A stretch of DNA of 64,000 bases from Camelus ferus (taxonomy: Eukaryota), in assembly GCF_009834535.1 (NCBI RefSeq), contig NC_045696.1:61010001-61074000 (forward strand), read 5' to 3'. The position numbers were made by a program, and so were the translations under genes. Numbering within the stretch: the stretch's first letter is position 1; each line of letters opens with the position of its first letter. Below are positions 1 to 58,977 of the stretch, piece by piece. The notes under the pieces were generated by a model that worked only from the letters and a program-made list of their open reading frames with translations, was not told where the DNA came from and ran no database searches.

Positions 1-1326
1 AAAAATGAAGTTCATACATTTGTAGAAACAGATGGTACTGAAATTCCAATGACTAATACTGCCCCTTTCTTAAAAAGTATAACCCTGTAGTTGGAAAATA
101 TGAAAAAGTTTGAATAAGGAGTATTTTTTATATAAATGGAAATTGGAACTCATAATTTACATTAAAATTCTCTTTCGTTTCACTTTTAATTCACAAAAAA
201 GTTTTCTTAAGTTTGAAAATTCCTATAAGTCATATTATTTTTAATGGAGTACCTAGCTTTTATGGAGTTAGCCTATACCCCTCCCTCACAGAGTAGTGCT
301 GAGTCTATTGCCTTACTGTGGCTCTAAGCCCAGCCTCCTTGTTCCATACAGCCAATGCCCTCGTTTAGGCCTGAACTTGCAAACTAGTAACCCAAAAGCC
401 ACATTTAGCCTACAGATTTGTGGGTTTTTTTTTTTTTTTTGACGGGGGGGGGGGGGCGTGTAATATTTACATTAAAAAAAAATCTCTTGCCAATTTTTAA
501 AAATTTGTAAATTGTACTTAAAAATGCAGATTTCAGCTTCACTGAAAAATCAGGGTATTTGACAACTCTAGGCCCATATGCCCATTTAGCAACATTCAAT
601 TATAGCTAAGGTGAGACTTTTCCTTCTTGGTTGAGTCATGGGGGTTCCAGTTCAGAGAGTACCATTCTCCAACAACTTGCTCACTTCACTCATTGACATT
701 ACTTGCTTGGCTACTATAGGGACTTCCAACTTCTCATATCCATTCTTCTGCCCTTATCTCCAACATATCGCATTCCCTCTCTACGTTGTCAAAAGTAGCT
801 TTCTAAGCAGGCTTGATCAAATCACTTCTTAATTTGCATTTCCATGATTTGCTCCTAATTGTTCTCAGAACAAAAATCCAAACTCCTTAGAATGGCTTCA
901 TGATCTGGTTTGTCTGCTCACCCACACCATAGTGTTCCTCACCTCTTCCCAGCTCTGATTACTACACAGAACCATCAGTTCCCAAACCAGCATACTTCCT
1001 CATGTCTGTGCGGCTCTCTCCACCTTCTCTTCCTTTCTTCTCCTGGCTAAATCATACTCATCCTTAAAAACTCCGCTCTGACATCAGTCCTCCAGGAAAG
1101 CCTTTTCCTCCTGCTCTTCCTTTGTGATCCCAAAGCAACCTGAACCCTTCTGACTGAGCGCTTCATTAACATATTTGAGGTCCTCAAACACCACCACCAA
1201 GTGTTAAACCAGGGTAGGCCGAAGTGGAGTTAACCGAACTTGGATTAAGACCAGCATTATTTTCTAGTCTAGCCCTCCGACCAAGTTGGGTCCCAAGGGT
1301 GAAGAGTTAACAACAGTGCGTTAAGA

Positions 1327-1353
1327 CTCCGGCCTCCGGCCTCCGGCCTCCGG
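1327..1353. repeat. Short tandem repeat (CTCCGGC) x ~3.9
   Basis: ctccggc ctccggc ctccggc ctccgg. Confidence 0.9.
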
Positions 1354-1452
1354 AGACCAGCGTTGGTGGGCGTTTCAGACCTGGTACCCAGCGGGGCGCA
1401 CGACGGAAAGCTCGCAGACTGGGTCTGAAGTCCGCCGCGAGCGCAGCCTCTG

Positions 1453-1523
1453 ATTGGATAGGGCGTTGCATGCCGGGCCTTCGAAGTGCTTGCTGGGAGT
1501 TGTAGTTCTTAGAGCCGGAAGTG
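1453..1523. promoter_or_regulatory. Motif cluster: inverted CCAAT box (ATTGG 1453-1457), ZNF143/THAP11-type ACTACAnnTCCCA motif on the minus strand (1488-1506), ETS/GABPA site CCGGAAGTG (1515-1523)
   Basis: Motifs read directly: tgATTGGata; gcttgctgggagttgtagt (reverse complement ACTACAACTCCCAGCAAGC); gCCGGAAGTG. Confidence 0.75.
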
Positions 1524-1713
1524 TGGGTGGCAGGGATAGAAACCGCAGCTGAGGCAGCAGTCACTGCCGCTGCCATCACCCGGCTGTAGTGCATCACCCT
1601 GCGCCCACCGGCGGTGGGTGCCTCCTCCGCTCCCAAGGGGCTCAAGGAGTCCTGAGGGGCGAAGCGGCAGGGACGCTTCTCTCTTCAGAGAAGAGGCGAC
1701 GTCGCAGCCCCGG

Positions 1714-48076
<46,363 letters not shown>

Positions 48077-48508
48077 AGAAAGCACGTAAAATGCTCTTTC
48101 TAGGGGCTAGGGTTACACATAGTGCAGAACTGAGCCACCTTTCCAAGGACTTTCCACACTTGGTTGTTTTTTTTTTTTATTATTATCATCATTATTATTT
48201 TTATGACCTGTCTACTGTCCATGTATAGTCAACCTTTGTTAGGTTGGTGGGGTCCAGTCTGTTGTGACAATTTGTCAGTACCAGGAATTTCCATCAGAAT
48301 TGACGCATGTGAAACTTCTGGTACCTCTTCAGGGGAATGGACGGTGAGACCCAATTCCTTCTGACATTCATGGCCTTCTCCACTTGGACCAGATCTGGCG
48401 TCAGCTGCATCTCAAGTATCATTTCCAGTTTTATTTTGTTTTAGTTCTGGAGCTTCTGAGCCAGGCCTTTCTCGGCAAACTCAATTCTTTGCTGCTGAAA
48501 CAGGAGGA

Positions 48509-48589
48509 TGGAGTTTTCTCTCTCCCAGTCCTGGAATAGGGTCAGACTGTGCCCTGAGGAGAAGCAGCAGAGAATGGGACTACATCGTG
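48509..48589 (+). ncRNA. MIR922: Sequence homologous to human pre-miR-922 within the RUBCN 3'UTR (expression unproven)
   Basis: 48564-48586 GCAGCAGAGAATGGGACTACATC differs at 2 of 23 positions from recalled hsa-miR-922 GCAGCAGAGAAUAGGACUACGUC; flanks also resemble the precursor. Confidence 0.5.
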
Positions 48590-50666
48590 GGTGTTTTGTC
48601 CAGCTTATATAGGTATTTTTGAGGCCACAAAAGCAGCGTTATTACTACCCTGGAATCTTCAGAGACCTCAAGGAGGCAGTCATGACTTCCTTGTTTGAAA
48701 TATTCCATCTAGGCATAGAGGGTGTCACCAGCTGCCTTTCTGTATCTCCCCTGGTGGACTTGACACAAAGAACAGGACTGATGCTTAGGCCAGGCCTACT
48801 AGGAGCCCTACATAGAGCACAGGTGTGGCTACAACTCTGTTGTTCAAGGAACATTTATTCAGTTGGGGGAGCTGTTGGCCTCTCTTAGGTGATAAGGTCC
48901 TTTTTAGTCAACATTGCTCTGGGACAGGTTTGACCTTTTGAGCTCAGGCAAGTCCCTGACGCCATCCTAAATCGAGGACAAACCCCATCCACCATCTTAT
49001 CAGTGGGTCTCTTACCACTGTGTCCTCTGTTAGATGGTCGTTGTGGTTCCTAGTAAAAGTCTGGCCCAACTCCATGCTCTCCCTCCCTTCCTGCAACAGA
49101 GCTGGGACCCTCCCTGGTGGCTGATCTCTTGCCTTAGTTTCTTTTGTCAGAGTTGAGGAAAATGCTTCCTGCTATTCATGGTGTTAGACAACTTGACAAT
49201 TTGTGGATGTGCGTGTGAGTGTTCCTGTGTTCTTGGGATAACAAGAGCCTTTATGCCAGTGATGCACTTAACTCTTTAGCCTGATGATAGTTGTATGGTC
49301 ACTCACACTTTTCTTATTACTAATTTTAACACACACACACAGACATCCCCTTTTTAAATGTGTGTTTTAATGAGAAGAGTTTTTGATGAGACCGCATGCA
49401 TGTTTGTGGTGTTCTGTAAGTTGCTGTAGCCCCTGACCTGTATGTAGGACACTGGTCAGGGTCGCTGCTCCAAGGGCTGGCAGCTCTGTGAACTAAAGCT
49501 CACAGCATTTTTGTTCTGGGACTGACTGTTTTCTGTGTACCTGTCTATCCATAGTTGGTTGCTAGAAGAAAAACTTGGTGGGGTGCTGCCCCAGGAAGCT
49601 GAACAGAAGTTTGCACGAGGTTGGTGGAAGCCGATGGGTGGCTGAGATGGCGGCAGCCAGGAGCCTCCCAGGAAATAGAAGGGGCAGTAGAGTAGCGGCC
49701 AGAGCTGAGTCTCTGCCAGCGCAAGAGGGAGCGAGGAACTGACCCACGTGGCTGGTCCCTGTGCCCTGAACTTGGGATCTGAAAGCTACATCAGGCTGGG
49801 AGACCCTGAGGCTGCTCTCCCTTCGGTTCATGGGTGAGACCAAAGGGCTCTGAAAGTCCCAGCCTCCCGCCCAGCCCAGTTTTGAAGGGTGAACTAGAAG
49901 CTCCCTTGTTCTTCAAAGAGCTTTGGGGATGACCCTGTGAAACTCGTCTCACTGAGGAATAGGCCTCAGACGCAGGCCAAGGGGTTTGTGAGAATGGTGA
50001 CCTCTACCCCCAGTTTTGGTTTAAGTTACAAATACAACTCCTTACTCCAAGTCAGTACACTGGAGGAAAGACGTATTCTCCTTGTTGTCATGCCTGTTTC
50101 ACATTAGCTTAGGATCAAAGGATGGAAACAATCTCACATGCTCCCGGGTTTTCACTTACTCTTCTCCATCCCCCCTACCCCATCCCTTTAGGTTGCATAT
50201 CTGTTTTAGTGACCCTGACACTCTGCTATCATCACTGTCCAAATATCCATTTATTTATTTATAGGGGGAGAGAGGAAAGGGAATGGGATGTTTTGAAAGC
50301 ACTTTGTAGCTTATCAGTATCTGAGAATTCCTGTTGTTGTAGGGAGAAGCTTTGAATGCACTGAAGAGAGTTCCTTCTGAATGAAATGGGAGGGAAGAAG
50401 TGTTGTTTTCTATAAATACAGGGAGAAAAATTGCTTCCAAGGTGAGACAAAATTCAAGACATAGCAGAAGAATGGAAGGCAAATATTTCCACTTAAATGA
50501 GGCTGTTAGTGACTTTCTCTGCCAAGGCTTTAGAGCTTTGGTTGAATTAACATAAAAGGAGCGAGAGCCTAAATGGAAGTGTTCTTGTGTGTGTAAAACT
50601 CATGTTCTGAACTGGGTTTCTATTTGCTGTAATTTATACACAGCCTAACAGTTCATTGTCATCTTT

Positions 50667-50672
50667 AATAAA
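50667..50672 (+). terminator. RUBCN: Polyadenylation signal AATAAA
   Basis: Canonical hexamer with TGTA elements upstream and T-rich sequence downstream. Confidence 0.7.
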
Positions 50673-51429
50673 CTAAGGAAATGAAATTCTGCCTTTTATT
50701 TGCCTGCCTTGACTATCAGGAAATGGTATTGAGTGTCCACTGTAAAGCAGGCATGTCTGAAAATATAGGAAGTCTCTGTTATAATGCAAAGAAAACTGGA
50801 CCTTACAAGTCAGGAAAAGCAGGTTGGAATACCTCGTCACTGACGTGCTGTGTGACCTTGAGCAGATCACTTCACCTCTCTAGATTTCTGTTTCTTCGTG
50901 TGTGAAAGACTTTGTGGCACACAATCCTTTCCGATGCATGGGGTGTGCCTCTACCCATCCCCTTGATGTAACTGTCACTTAAAGCGAGGTGAATCTTCCT
51001 CTCCACAACACTCAAATTGTCTTGGATGCTTCAGTTCCCCCTTCTGTGAACAACAGGCTGTTGAGTTTCTCTTTCATGCCTCTGGCCCACTGGAGCTCCA
51101 GCTCTACCCTGCAACTTTCTGAACATTTTCCCTTCGATGTCCCTTGGTTATCTCCAGCCAGTATGCCTAAAACCAACATCAATATCGCATTTCCCCAAAC
51201 TAACCATTAGTCACCCTGGTCTGAAAATTTAGGGTTTTTTTTTCACTCCTTTCTCTCTGAGTCAGGTGGCATGTTCAGCTACAAAGGCATTTTCTCCTTC
51301 CCCAACCCTGTCATCAAGTCCCGTTGATTTTACTCTTTAAAATAAATCGGTCTCATTCCTTTTCTACCACTAACACACAAATTCTTATCTTAAATCTCAA
51401 CCATCTCCAGCCATTCTAGTCTCTTCCTA

Positions 51430-52060
51430 TTTAATCATCCATCAGTATTTGGGTGCCTACTATATGCTAGTTTCTGTGCTAGGCTCTGGGGCCATATCAG
51501 GGAGCAAAATAAAGATAGTCTCCACCCCTTAAAGCACTTAAGAGTCTTGTGGGGAAGACAGACATTGCCCAAAGTCACCACAATGAACATGTAATTATAA
51601 GCAGTAATAAGAGCTATGAAGGAAAAGAGTAGGTGCTATTAAAATAATAAATAACGAGGGCCCCTAATTTAGATTGGAGACAAGTAAGACCCCTGAGAAG
51701 GTGATACTTCAACCAAGACCCAAAAATACGAGGCTCAGGGGAGGGAGAAAAGGGCTCTGGCCTGGGACTAGCATTTATGATGGTCCTAAGATGGGAGGAG
51801 TTTGGGCAGGGCACTACAAGAAGGACTCACTAAGAATTTCAGATTTTATTCTAAGAAAACTGGGCACCGAAGGTTTTAGATTTTATTCTAAGAACATTGG
51901 AAAGCCACTGAAGAATTTTAATTTGAGGAGTGACTGATGTGTTTAAAATGTCAGTGTCCACTTTGCAGAAAATAGAGTAAAACAAGAGTAGACGCGGTGG
52001 ATATCCGAGGCAGGTGGCTGCAGTGGTTCAGGAGAGAAATTATGTTCCTTTGGACTAGCG
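51430..52060 (-). mobile_element. L2 LINE remnant
   Basis: gtgcctactatatgctag...gtgctaggctctgggg...ggaaagccactgaagaattttaa. Confidence 0.7.
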
Positions 52061-55000
52061 TGTGGCACATCATCATCATCACTGTCGCTTCATTACCCCC
52101 AAACCTCTAAAAACTAGATAAATTCCAAATGTTTTGTTCTGACTCTGACTTTTTAAGCAGGGAGCAAAAGACTTGGGGGACGGGGCAAGGTATTAGAAAG
52201 ATACCAGGATCCATTTCAAAATCCAAGAAAAATTAACAACTAAGTCTCAGGAAGGGCAGAGACCAGCGCCGCTCTGGAACCTCGGCCTCAGGATTTGCAG
52301 ACCTCCTGAGCCTGCTGCCAGCGAGGCAAGTCAGAGAGGAAACTTATGGCTGTGTTGGGGACTCCCTCCTGGGGACTGGGGGCACACCACAAACAAGGGG
52401 GAACTGTGAGCTGAGTAGTCCTCCTTTCTGGCATTACTTTGTTATTCATCATTTTCTGTGGCCCCAAATGCGTGTAGGTTTACTATACCCTCTAGTGGTA
52501 AAAAGAGTAGGCATAATTTTTGTAGCATACTGGTTAAAGTGAGGCCCAATCCTACTTCCTTTTTTCCTTTGAACTTTTGGCTTAGAGAATGGGAGGATGG
52601 GACTACTATGCCCACCATATCCTGCTGGCTCTTCTGCTGATCAACTAGAGCTCTCTCCCATTTCTGATCTCCAGGGTATCAAACTGCTTTTAAAGTTTAG
52701 TGAAGCACCTGCCAGATGGCCCAAGCTTTCCCATTGTGAGCTTGACGTTCTTGGGGAGAGAACGTTCAAAGATGAACGTGATGAAAAAGGAAAGAGAACC
52801 TACCTAGCGCTACTATTCTATGAGCGGGGAGAGCACGAGGGTGTGCTTTGCATATAGCCTTGCCTGCCCCAGTTCTGTGAACTGCTTCTGGGAGAGGAAC
52901 AGAAAGCAGAGAGCTGTACTTTGGTTTTGGAGGTGCACTTAACCCTAGACTAGCGAGATGAGAGTTCATGGGCTAAAAGAAACCTTGAGTGGTGGGAAGG
53001 TTCTTAGGATGTAGTTGGGAGTTTTGGTGACCAGCCCTTGGAATGGCTACTGCAGACCAGTAAGACTCAAGTCTGAAATCCAGCAGCACAGCACAGATGA
53101 CCTGTACCCATTAGGCAAGAAGCCTAGGGAGGTCCTGTCCTTTTCTCTCACAGTGCCTGGAATTTCTCACCTATTTGCCTTTCAGACAGTGATGCCTGTA
53201 GTTCCCAGCTGGTTTTATCTCCCCGCTGGCCAACTGCAGCAACAGAAGCCAGACTCCTGGCTTATCCCGCAAGCTCCTTTTTCTACAGCAAACACACACT
53301 GCTTTAGCGCCAGCAGCCGAGCAGGGAAAATGGAGAAGTAAAAAGCACCTTTCTCTCTCCTCCCCCTCACCTCTCAGCCTTTGTCTATGTAGAATCTGAA
53401 AAGATTTAAGCTAGATGCCAATAATAGGTCTCTCTACACAGAAGTCTAAAAAAAGATGTGTGTATGTCTCCCGTAACCACTGGAAGTCCTGCAGCCACAG
53501 GGCTAACCAAAAGAAAGCCCTGCCAGGCGAAAAGCACAAATGAGGCCTGAGGAGAGAAAAGGGACCAACAGGGCTTCCCCCACTCTCTTTCTCTCCTTCT
53601 CTCTCTTTCTCTTTCTTTGTTATTGACTAGTATTTAAATGTAGTTTTCTAATACATTCACATGCTTAAAATCCACAGAAAGGTGTACAGTGAAATATCCC
53701 TCCGATTTCTCTAACCATGTGCCCAGTTTCTGCCTCACCCCCTTCAGTAACCACTCATGACTTTTCTTTTTATCCTTACAGTTTCTTTATGCAAATATAA
53801 GCAAATTATAGATATACATATATATAATAGGATATATATGTATATCCTACTCTTTACATTTTTTTAAAAATTAGCATACTATATACACATTTCTGTACCT
53901 TGCTTTTTTTTCTCTGGCAGTCTATCTTAGAGAAATTTCTGTTACGAAGAGTTTCCGGATTCCTTTTTATAGCTGCACATTTTCCGTTGTGTGGATGGAT
54001 TACAAACAATTTACCTATTGAGGGACATTTGTTTCCAACCTTTTATTAATACAAACCACATTGCAGTGAAAACCTGGTCATATGTCATTTCACATGAGTG
54101 CAAGTATATCTAGGATAAAGTCTCCAAAGTGGAGTGGCTGGCACAAAAAGTACATGCATTTGTAATTTTGATAAATACTGCCAAATTGCCCTCCAGGTGG
54201 GGATGAGATTGGAGCAGTGGGGAGAACAGAAAGGACTACTGTGGGGTCATACTCGCCTGCCTAAAACTCACCAGTAAGATAGTTTGATTCCTTTCCTAGC
54301 ACATAAAGGATCTTCAACACATTAGCTTCATAGCCTGATCTCCTGTCATTCCCTGAGTTATTAACAGTGTCCTAAATACAGCTTGATCTCTCCTCCTTTA
54401 AAGAGCTAACTCAGCTACATCACAGCTTTTCAACAAATAGACATACCTTCTCCTGGAGGGTAAGAACCACTCGGGAAACATTCTGTCCTTGATGATGCTT
54501 TTCTCTCTCTGCCTGTCAGAGGGAACAAGAGTGATCAGAATTACACTGTGAGATTGTTTTGACTTTGGCTCTGATTACCTCTCCTCTTAGCTCTCTGATC
54601 TTTTTTTCTTGCAAGCAAATATCTTCACTGATTACTTTCCCAAATTCTGACATGATGAAAACATTTTCGTCTCCCCTCAGCTTTGTTTGCAACTGTTTCT
54701 GTTTTGTTTTGTCCAGCAGTCATTATCAGAGTAGATAACATTCCAAATGTCCTTCACTCACTTTATTATTAAACTGCCAAAGCTTTTCTTTACCAGGGAC
54801 TAAACCAAGAGATATGATGATATTTATGTGCCCTAAAAATACACTAAGTATTGAAATTTTTTTATGTCTACAAAGTAAGCTGAGAGAAGATTGATAAAGC
54901 CATGTGAAAGACTGCTGAAGCTGACAGAACATCCAGATGTCTTCCAACCAGAGATAGAAAAATAGCCTACAGTACAAAATCTTTACTTATTCTAAGGGCC

Positions 55001-55419
55001 TTTGTTTATTGTTACAAACTAGGTATAGTTCACAGGAAGCAAGTTCTCAAGGGTCTCATTCCAACATTTAACTTAGACTTGAGATCTTCATAGGCCAAGA
55101 GTGAGAAGACTGTTCAACAGGGAAAAAAAGACTACTGGGTTACATTGCCAGCCCAGCGTTCATTTATTTATTCATTATCCATCCATCCCAAATAAACATC
55201 TATTGAATACTTACTGTATTTCTGTGTTCCAGACACCATACCTGGGCAGGAATACAAAGAATCAGAACGTTGTTTCAAAAGATATTTACTGCAGCATAAT
55301 TTATGAGAGTACAAACTTAATGGAAAATATCCCAAAATAAATGTGACCATAAAAGCAATGGTTATAGACCATGGTGGTAACATGGAAGAAAAATCTTATA
55401 ACACAATGTTGTGTAAAAA

Positions 55420-56180
55420 AAAAAAAAAAGGAAAAGTATTTGTCAAATACACATGAGTCCATGCCAATAGAAAAGGATTGAATAAATAAATGTGGAAGAA
55501 GAAACATCTTCCTGATTGAAGAATTCCAAAGAATATATGAAATTCTACCCCACTCCAGGAGGTGGAGCTTAATCTCCTCTCACCTTGAGGGTGGACTGGA
55601 TTCACTTTTTGAAAAAAGCACAGAAAGAGAAAAATAGCAACTTTACAGTGGAGAAAGCTGGCCAACATTAGCTTCATCACGTCACCAGGGGTGTCATGTG
55701 GATACTGTGCACCCCTGTGATGAGATGGGCACATCACCATGTGGGATTCTTTCCAAAAACCCACAGCCCCTGTCTAATCATGAGAAAAACAAAACATAAA
55801 CCCAATTTGAGCAACTTGACTTTTTACGAAATACCTGACCAGTACTCCTCAAAACTGTCAAGGTCACAAAGAGCAAGGAAAGATTGAGTAACCAACACAG
55901 GCCGAAAGAGCCTGAGGAGACTTGATGACTAAATGCAGTGAGCTATTGGGATTGGATCCTGGAATAGAAAAAGGACATTAATGGCAAAACTGGTAAAATC
56001 TGAAGAAAATCTGGAGTTTGGTTAAAAGGAATACTAATGTTGGTTTCTTAGTCTTGAAAAATGTAAGGTAGTAACATTGGAGAAAACTGAAATTGGGTGG
56101 GGGTATATGAGAACTTGCATACTTCTTTGCAACTTTTCTGTAAATCTAAAATCATTCCAAAATAAGTTTATATATAAAAA
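55420..56180 (+). mobile_element. Old L1 3'UTR (L1MC/MD-like)
   Basis: cctgaccagtactcctcaaaactgtcaaggtc...gcaacttttctgtaaatctaaa. Confidence 0.75.
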
Positions 56181-57269
56181 AGTGTCTATACTCCATTATT
56201 ACAATATGGGAAAACATTCCGAGAAAGAAAAATACATATGAGAAGAGAAGGAAATATGTAAATGTAAGTGTGGCTCTGCAGAAATGTTAGGACTATGGAG
56301 TGATTTTTTTTCCTTTTTATCTGTTTATTGAAATATCTGTATAGTGGTCATATTATTTTATACTTTAAATTGTTAACTTCTGTTTTTGTTTTGTTTTAGG
56401 GAAAAAATTTTTCCCTTGAAATGCAAAGGGAGTGAATGAACAAAAGCGTATATAGATATTGGAGGGGAGTCAAGACAGCTACTGCTTTAAAATACCCACA
56501 AACATTAATCTATACAAGATAAGCTGACTCAACTCGGCCCAGAAACATGGACGGATCCTTCCTTCTTTCTTTTCCTTCCAGTGTTCTCCTTCCTTCTTGA
56601 TCTTCCTAGCCTCCTGCACAGTTCCTCTGAGAACTAGTACCTATGTCCAGTCCTTCTGTCCTGAGGGCACACAGGGAGAGGACACTTTGGAGTTTCCATA
56701 AACTATCTGCATATCCAGGCTTAGAAACCTTGGTTTCCATTCTTGATAGTTTGTAGGGTCCCCACCATTACCTTAGTCCTGAAATAATTTTGGCTTTTGG
56801 ACTGGGTTCAAACTAATCAGTATCCTTGGGAAGGCTGGGGCAGGATGGGACCAGGGCTAGTGGGACTCAGGAAAACCCTCTTGACTACTAGGTTTTAGAG
56901 TGGAAAGTCCAGACAGTGACCATCTGGACAGTCTTCCAGAGGCTTCTAGGACTCCAGCTATTCCAAAAGCTACAAACAGCTCCCTTTGACTCTGACATGG
57001 AGTTCCCATCATAAGCACCTGTGAGCAGAAACCATTCCTTCATATGCGCTTACTTGCCCTTATCCTATTCCAAGTAGAGGTAGTCTTAAAACCAAAGGCA
57101 ACGAGTTTACCAGCTAGACAGAAATATTTATCCAACTTACATTCTTTCCACAACGTGCCAGTCAACTCAAGGGTCCCAGATAAAATATAGATAGAGCAAG
57201 CCTTCTCTTTAGTTCTTAGTTAACATCTTCCCCTCTCTCCCAAATTATCGGTTTTTCTTTTCTTTTTTC

Positions 57270-57345
57270 TTTCTTATCTTTTTTTTTTTAATGGACCTCA
57301 TGCATGGTAAGCATGCATTCTACCACTGAACTATTCCCCATGCCC
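57270..57345 (-). mobile_element. Internally deleted tRNA-derived SINE copy
   Basis: ggacctcatgcatggtaagcatgcattctaccactgaactat next to a T tract. Confidence 0.7.
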
Positions 57346-57854
57346 TAAATTCATTTTTTTTAACCCTTGACCAAGGGATGGGCACATTGATAAAGTTGGA
57401 TTGCCTGAACTCTTTCCCTAGACTTTGAACCTTGAACAAATAAGGCAATGAACAAAAAAGTAAGTGAGCGGGCACTTTCTCATTCTAGCATGATGATGAG
57501 ACCGTCATTCCCGCCCCTGGGACTCTGGGGCTGCCACTTTCCTATCCTGTTCTGAGTCCAGTTCTTTAGCTTTCCCTTCAAATCTTTTTAGTACATTCCT
57601 TTTTCTTCTTAAGTTAGCAGGAGTCAGTTTCTGTTGCTGGCAAGAAAAGAACCCTAGTGCAGGTAGTAAAAGGGCCAAAGAGAAGGCAATGATAATGCAA
57701 ATATTGACTTTACGTGGCTAACTTAACCTGATCCAAATCATGGATGTATAATTTTCTTCATCCACCATGTACATGACTCAGAGCTTGGATGCAGTTCCTG
57801 CCCTTTAGGAGTTTACAGTTTAGTTTGAAGATAGGACTGCACAAATGAAGTTAT

Positions 57855-58100
57855 TACATATGGAATGTTTACTGTGTGCAGAGCACTATTCTAAATTCTT
57901 TCCATGTATGACTCCTTTAATTCTCCTGACTACTCTATGAAGTAGACACCATTATCATTTCCATTCTATAAAGAAGTAGTTAAGGCACAGAGAGTTTAAG
58001 TAACTTGCCCAAAGTAACAGAGCTAGTAAACAGTGGATCCTGAATCCGAATGTAGCCAGCCTGGTTCCAAAAACCCCATTCTTAATGACGATGTTATGCC
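57855..58100 (+). mobile_element. MIR SINE remnant
   Basis: taaggcacagagagtttaagtaacttgcccaaagtaacagagctagtaa. Confidence 0.75.
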
Positions 58101-58699
58101 AGAATGAATGTTAAAAACAGAATTCTGGAAGGTCAGAGATGGGGGAGATCAATGTGGCCAGAGTGATGAGGGAGGTCTCCAGGGCCTCTTGGTTCTGGAG
58201 CTGGCTCCCTGAGGCAAGGTCGGATTTAATCTGCTAAGTGGAGGGAGAAGGGCCTTCTGAGACAGGAGGGTCAATGCAGCAGGAGCAAAAACAAAGCTGG
58301 AACTGAAAATAGTGGGTAGACAACTATGAGACATAGAGAGAGGGCATCTTTTGGAAAGTGTTCAAGGAACAATTGGATATTTAGCAAGGTCAGACCATAA
58401 AGGACCTTGAAGGGTCAACCTCTATGACCTCACCCTGTAATGAGTGCCCCTGCAGCTTTTACAGGGAAAAATAGTTGGAAATTTTTCTTTTAGTATACAA
58501 AATTGCAAACATATACAAAGATATTGAGAGTAGAAAACTGAACCCCCGTGTACCCATTATGCAGCTTCAGCAGTGATCAACACACAGTTAGTTGTGTTTC
58601 ATCTATACCCCCACCCGCTAATAGTCATGTGTCTATGAGAATGGGTGCCCCTCCACACACAGGCGGGTGGTGCAGGCAAAGTGCACCCATATCATGTGT

Positions 58700-58960
58700 C
58701 TATTAAATGGTTTCACATCCATACACAGGTCTATATGTAATATATACAATATATACACATGCCTGTGTATAGATATGTATATAATATGTATATATTATAC
58801 ATGTATATGTATATCCATACACATGTCTGAGTTGGATATAATATACACACATGTCTGTGTATGGATATGTGTATATATATTAATATATGTATGTAATATA
58901 ATGTATATATATATAAAATGACATATATACGTATAAAATCTGTATATTATATAGGTATAC
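58700..58960. repeat. Degenerate (TA)/(TATG)/(CATA) low-complexity repeat
   Basis: Directly visible alternating purine-pyrimidine AT-rich tract. Confidence 0.9.
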
Positions 58961-58977
58961 ATCCACCCCCAGGCCTG

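Larger units (their letters stand above)
48077..50690 (+). other. RUBCN: RUBCN 3'UTR (approx. 2.6 kb)
   Basis: Repeat-poor sequence between the stop codon and the first canonical AATAAA I found; end point inferred. Confidence 0.65.

Noticed and set aside
425..457. Adjacent poly-T and poly-G runs
   Set aside because: Simple homopolymers prone to sequencing error; no support for function
54715..54970. Cluster of GATA-like and A/T-rich MEF2-like motifs downstream of the gene
   Set aside because: Short motifs are common in AT-rich DNA and the MEF2 matches are imperfect; cannot call an enhancer from sequence alone
50700..58600. Possible second gene downstream of RUBCN
   Set aside because: No recognisable coding exons on either strand; mostly L1, L2, MIR and LTR remnants
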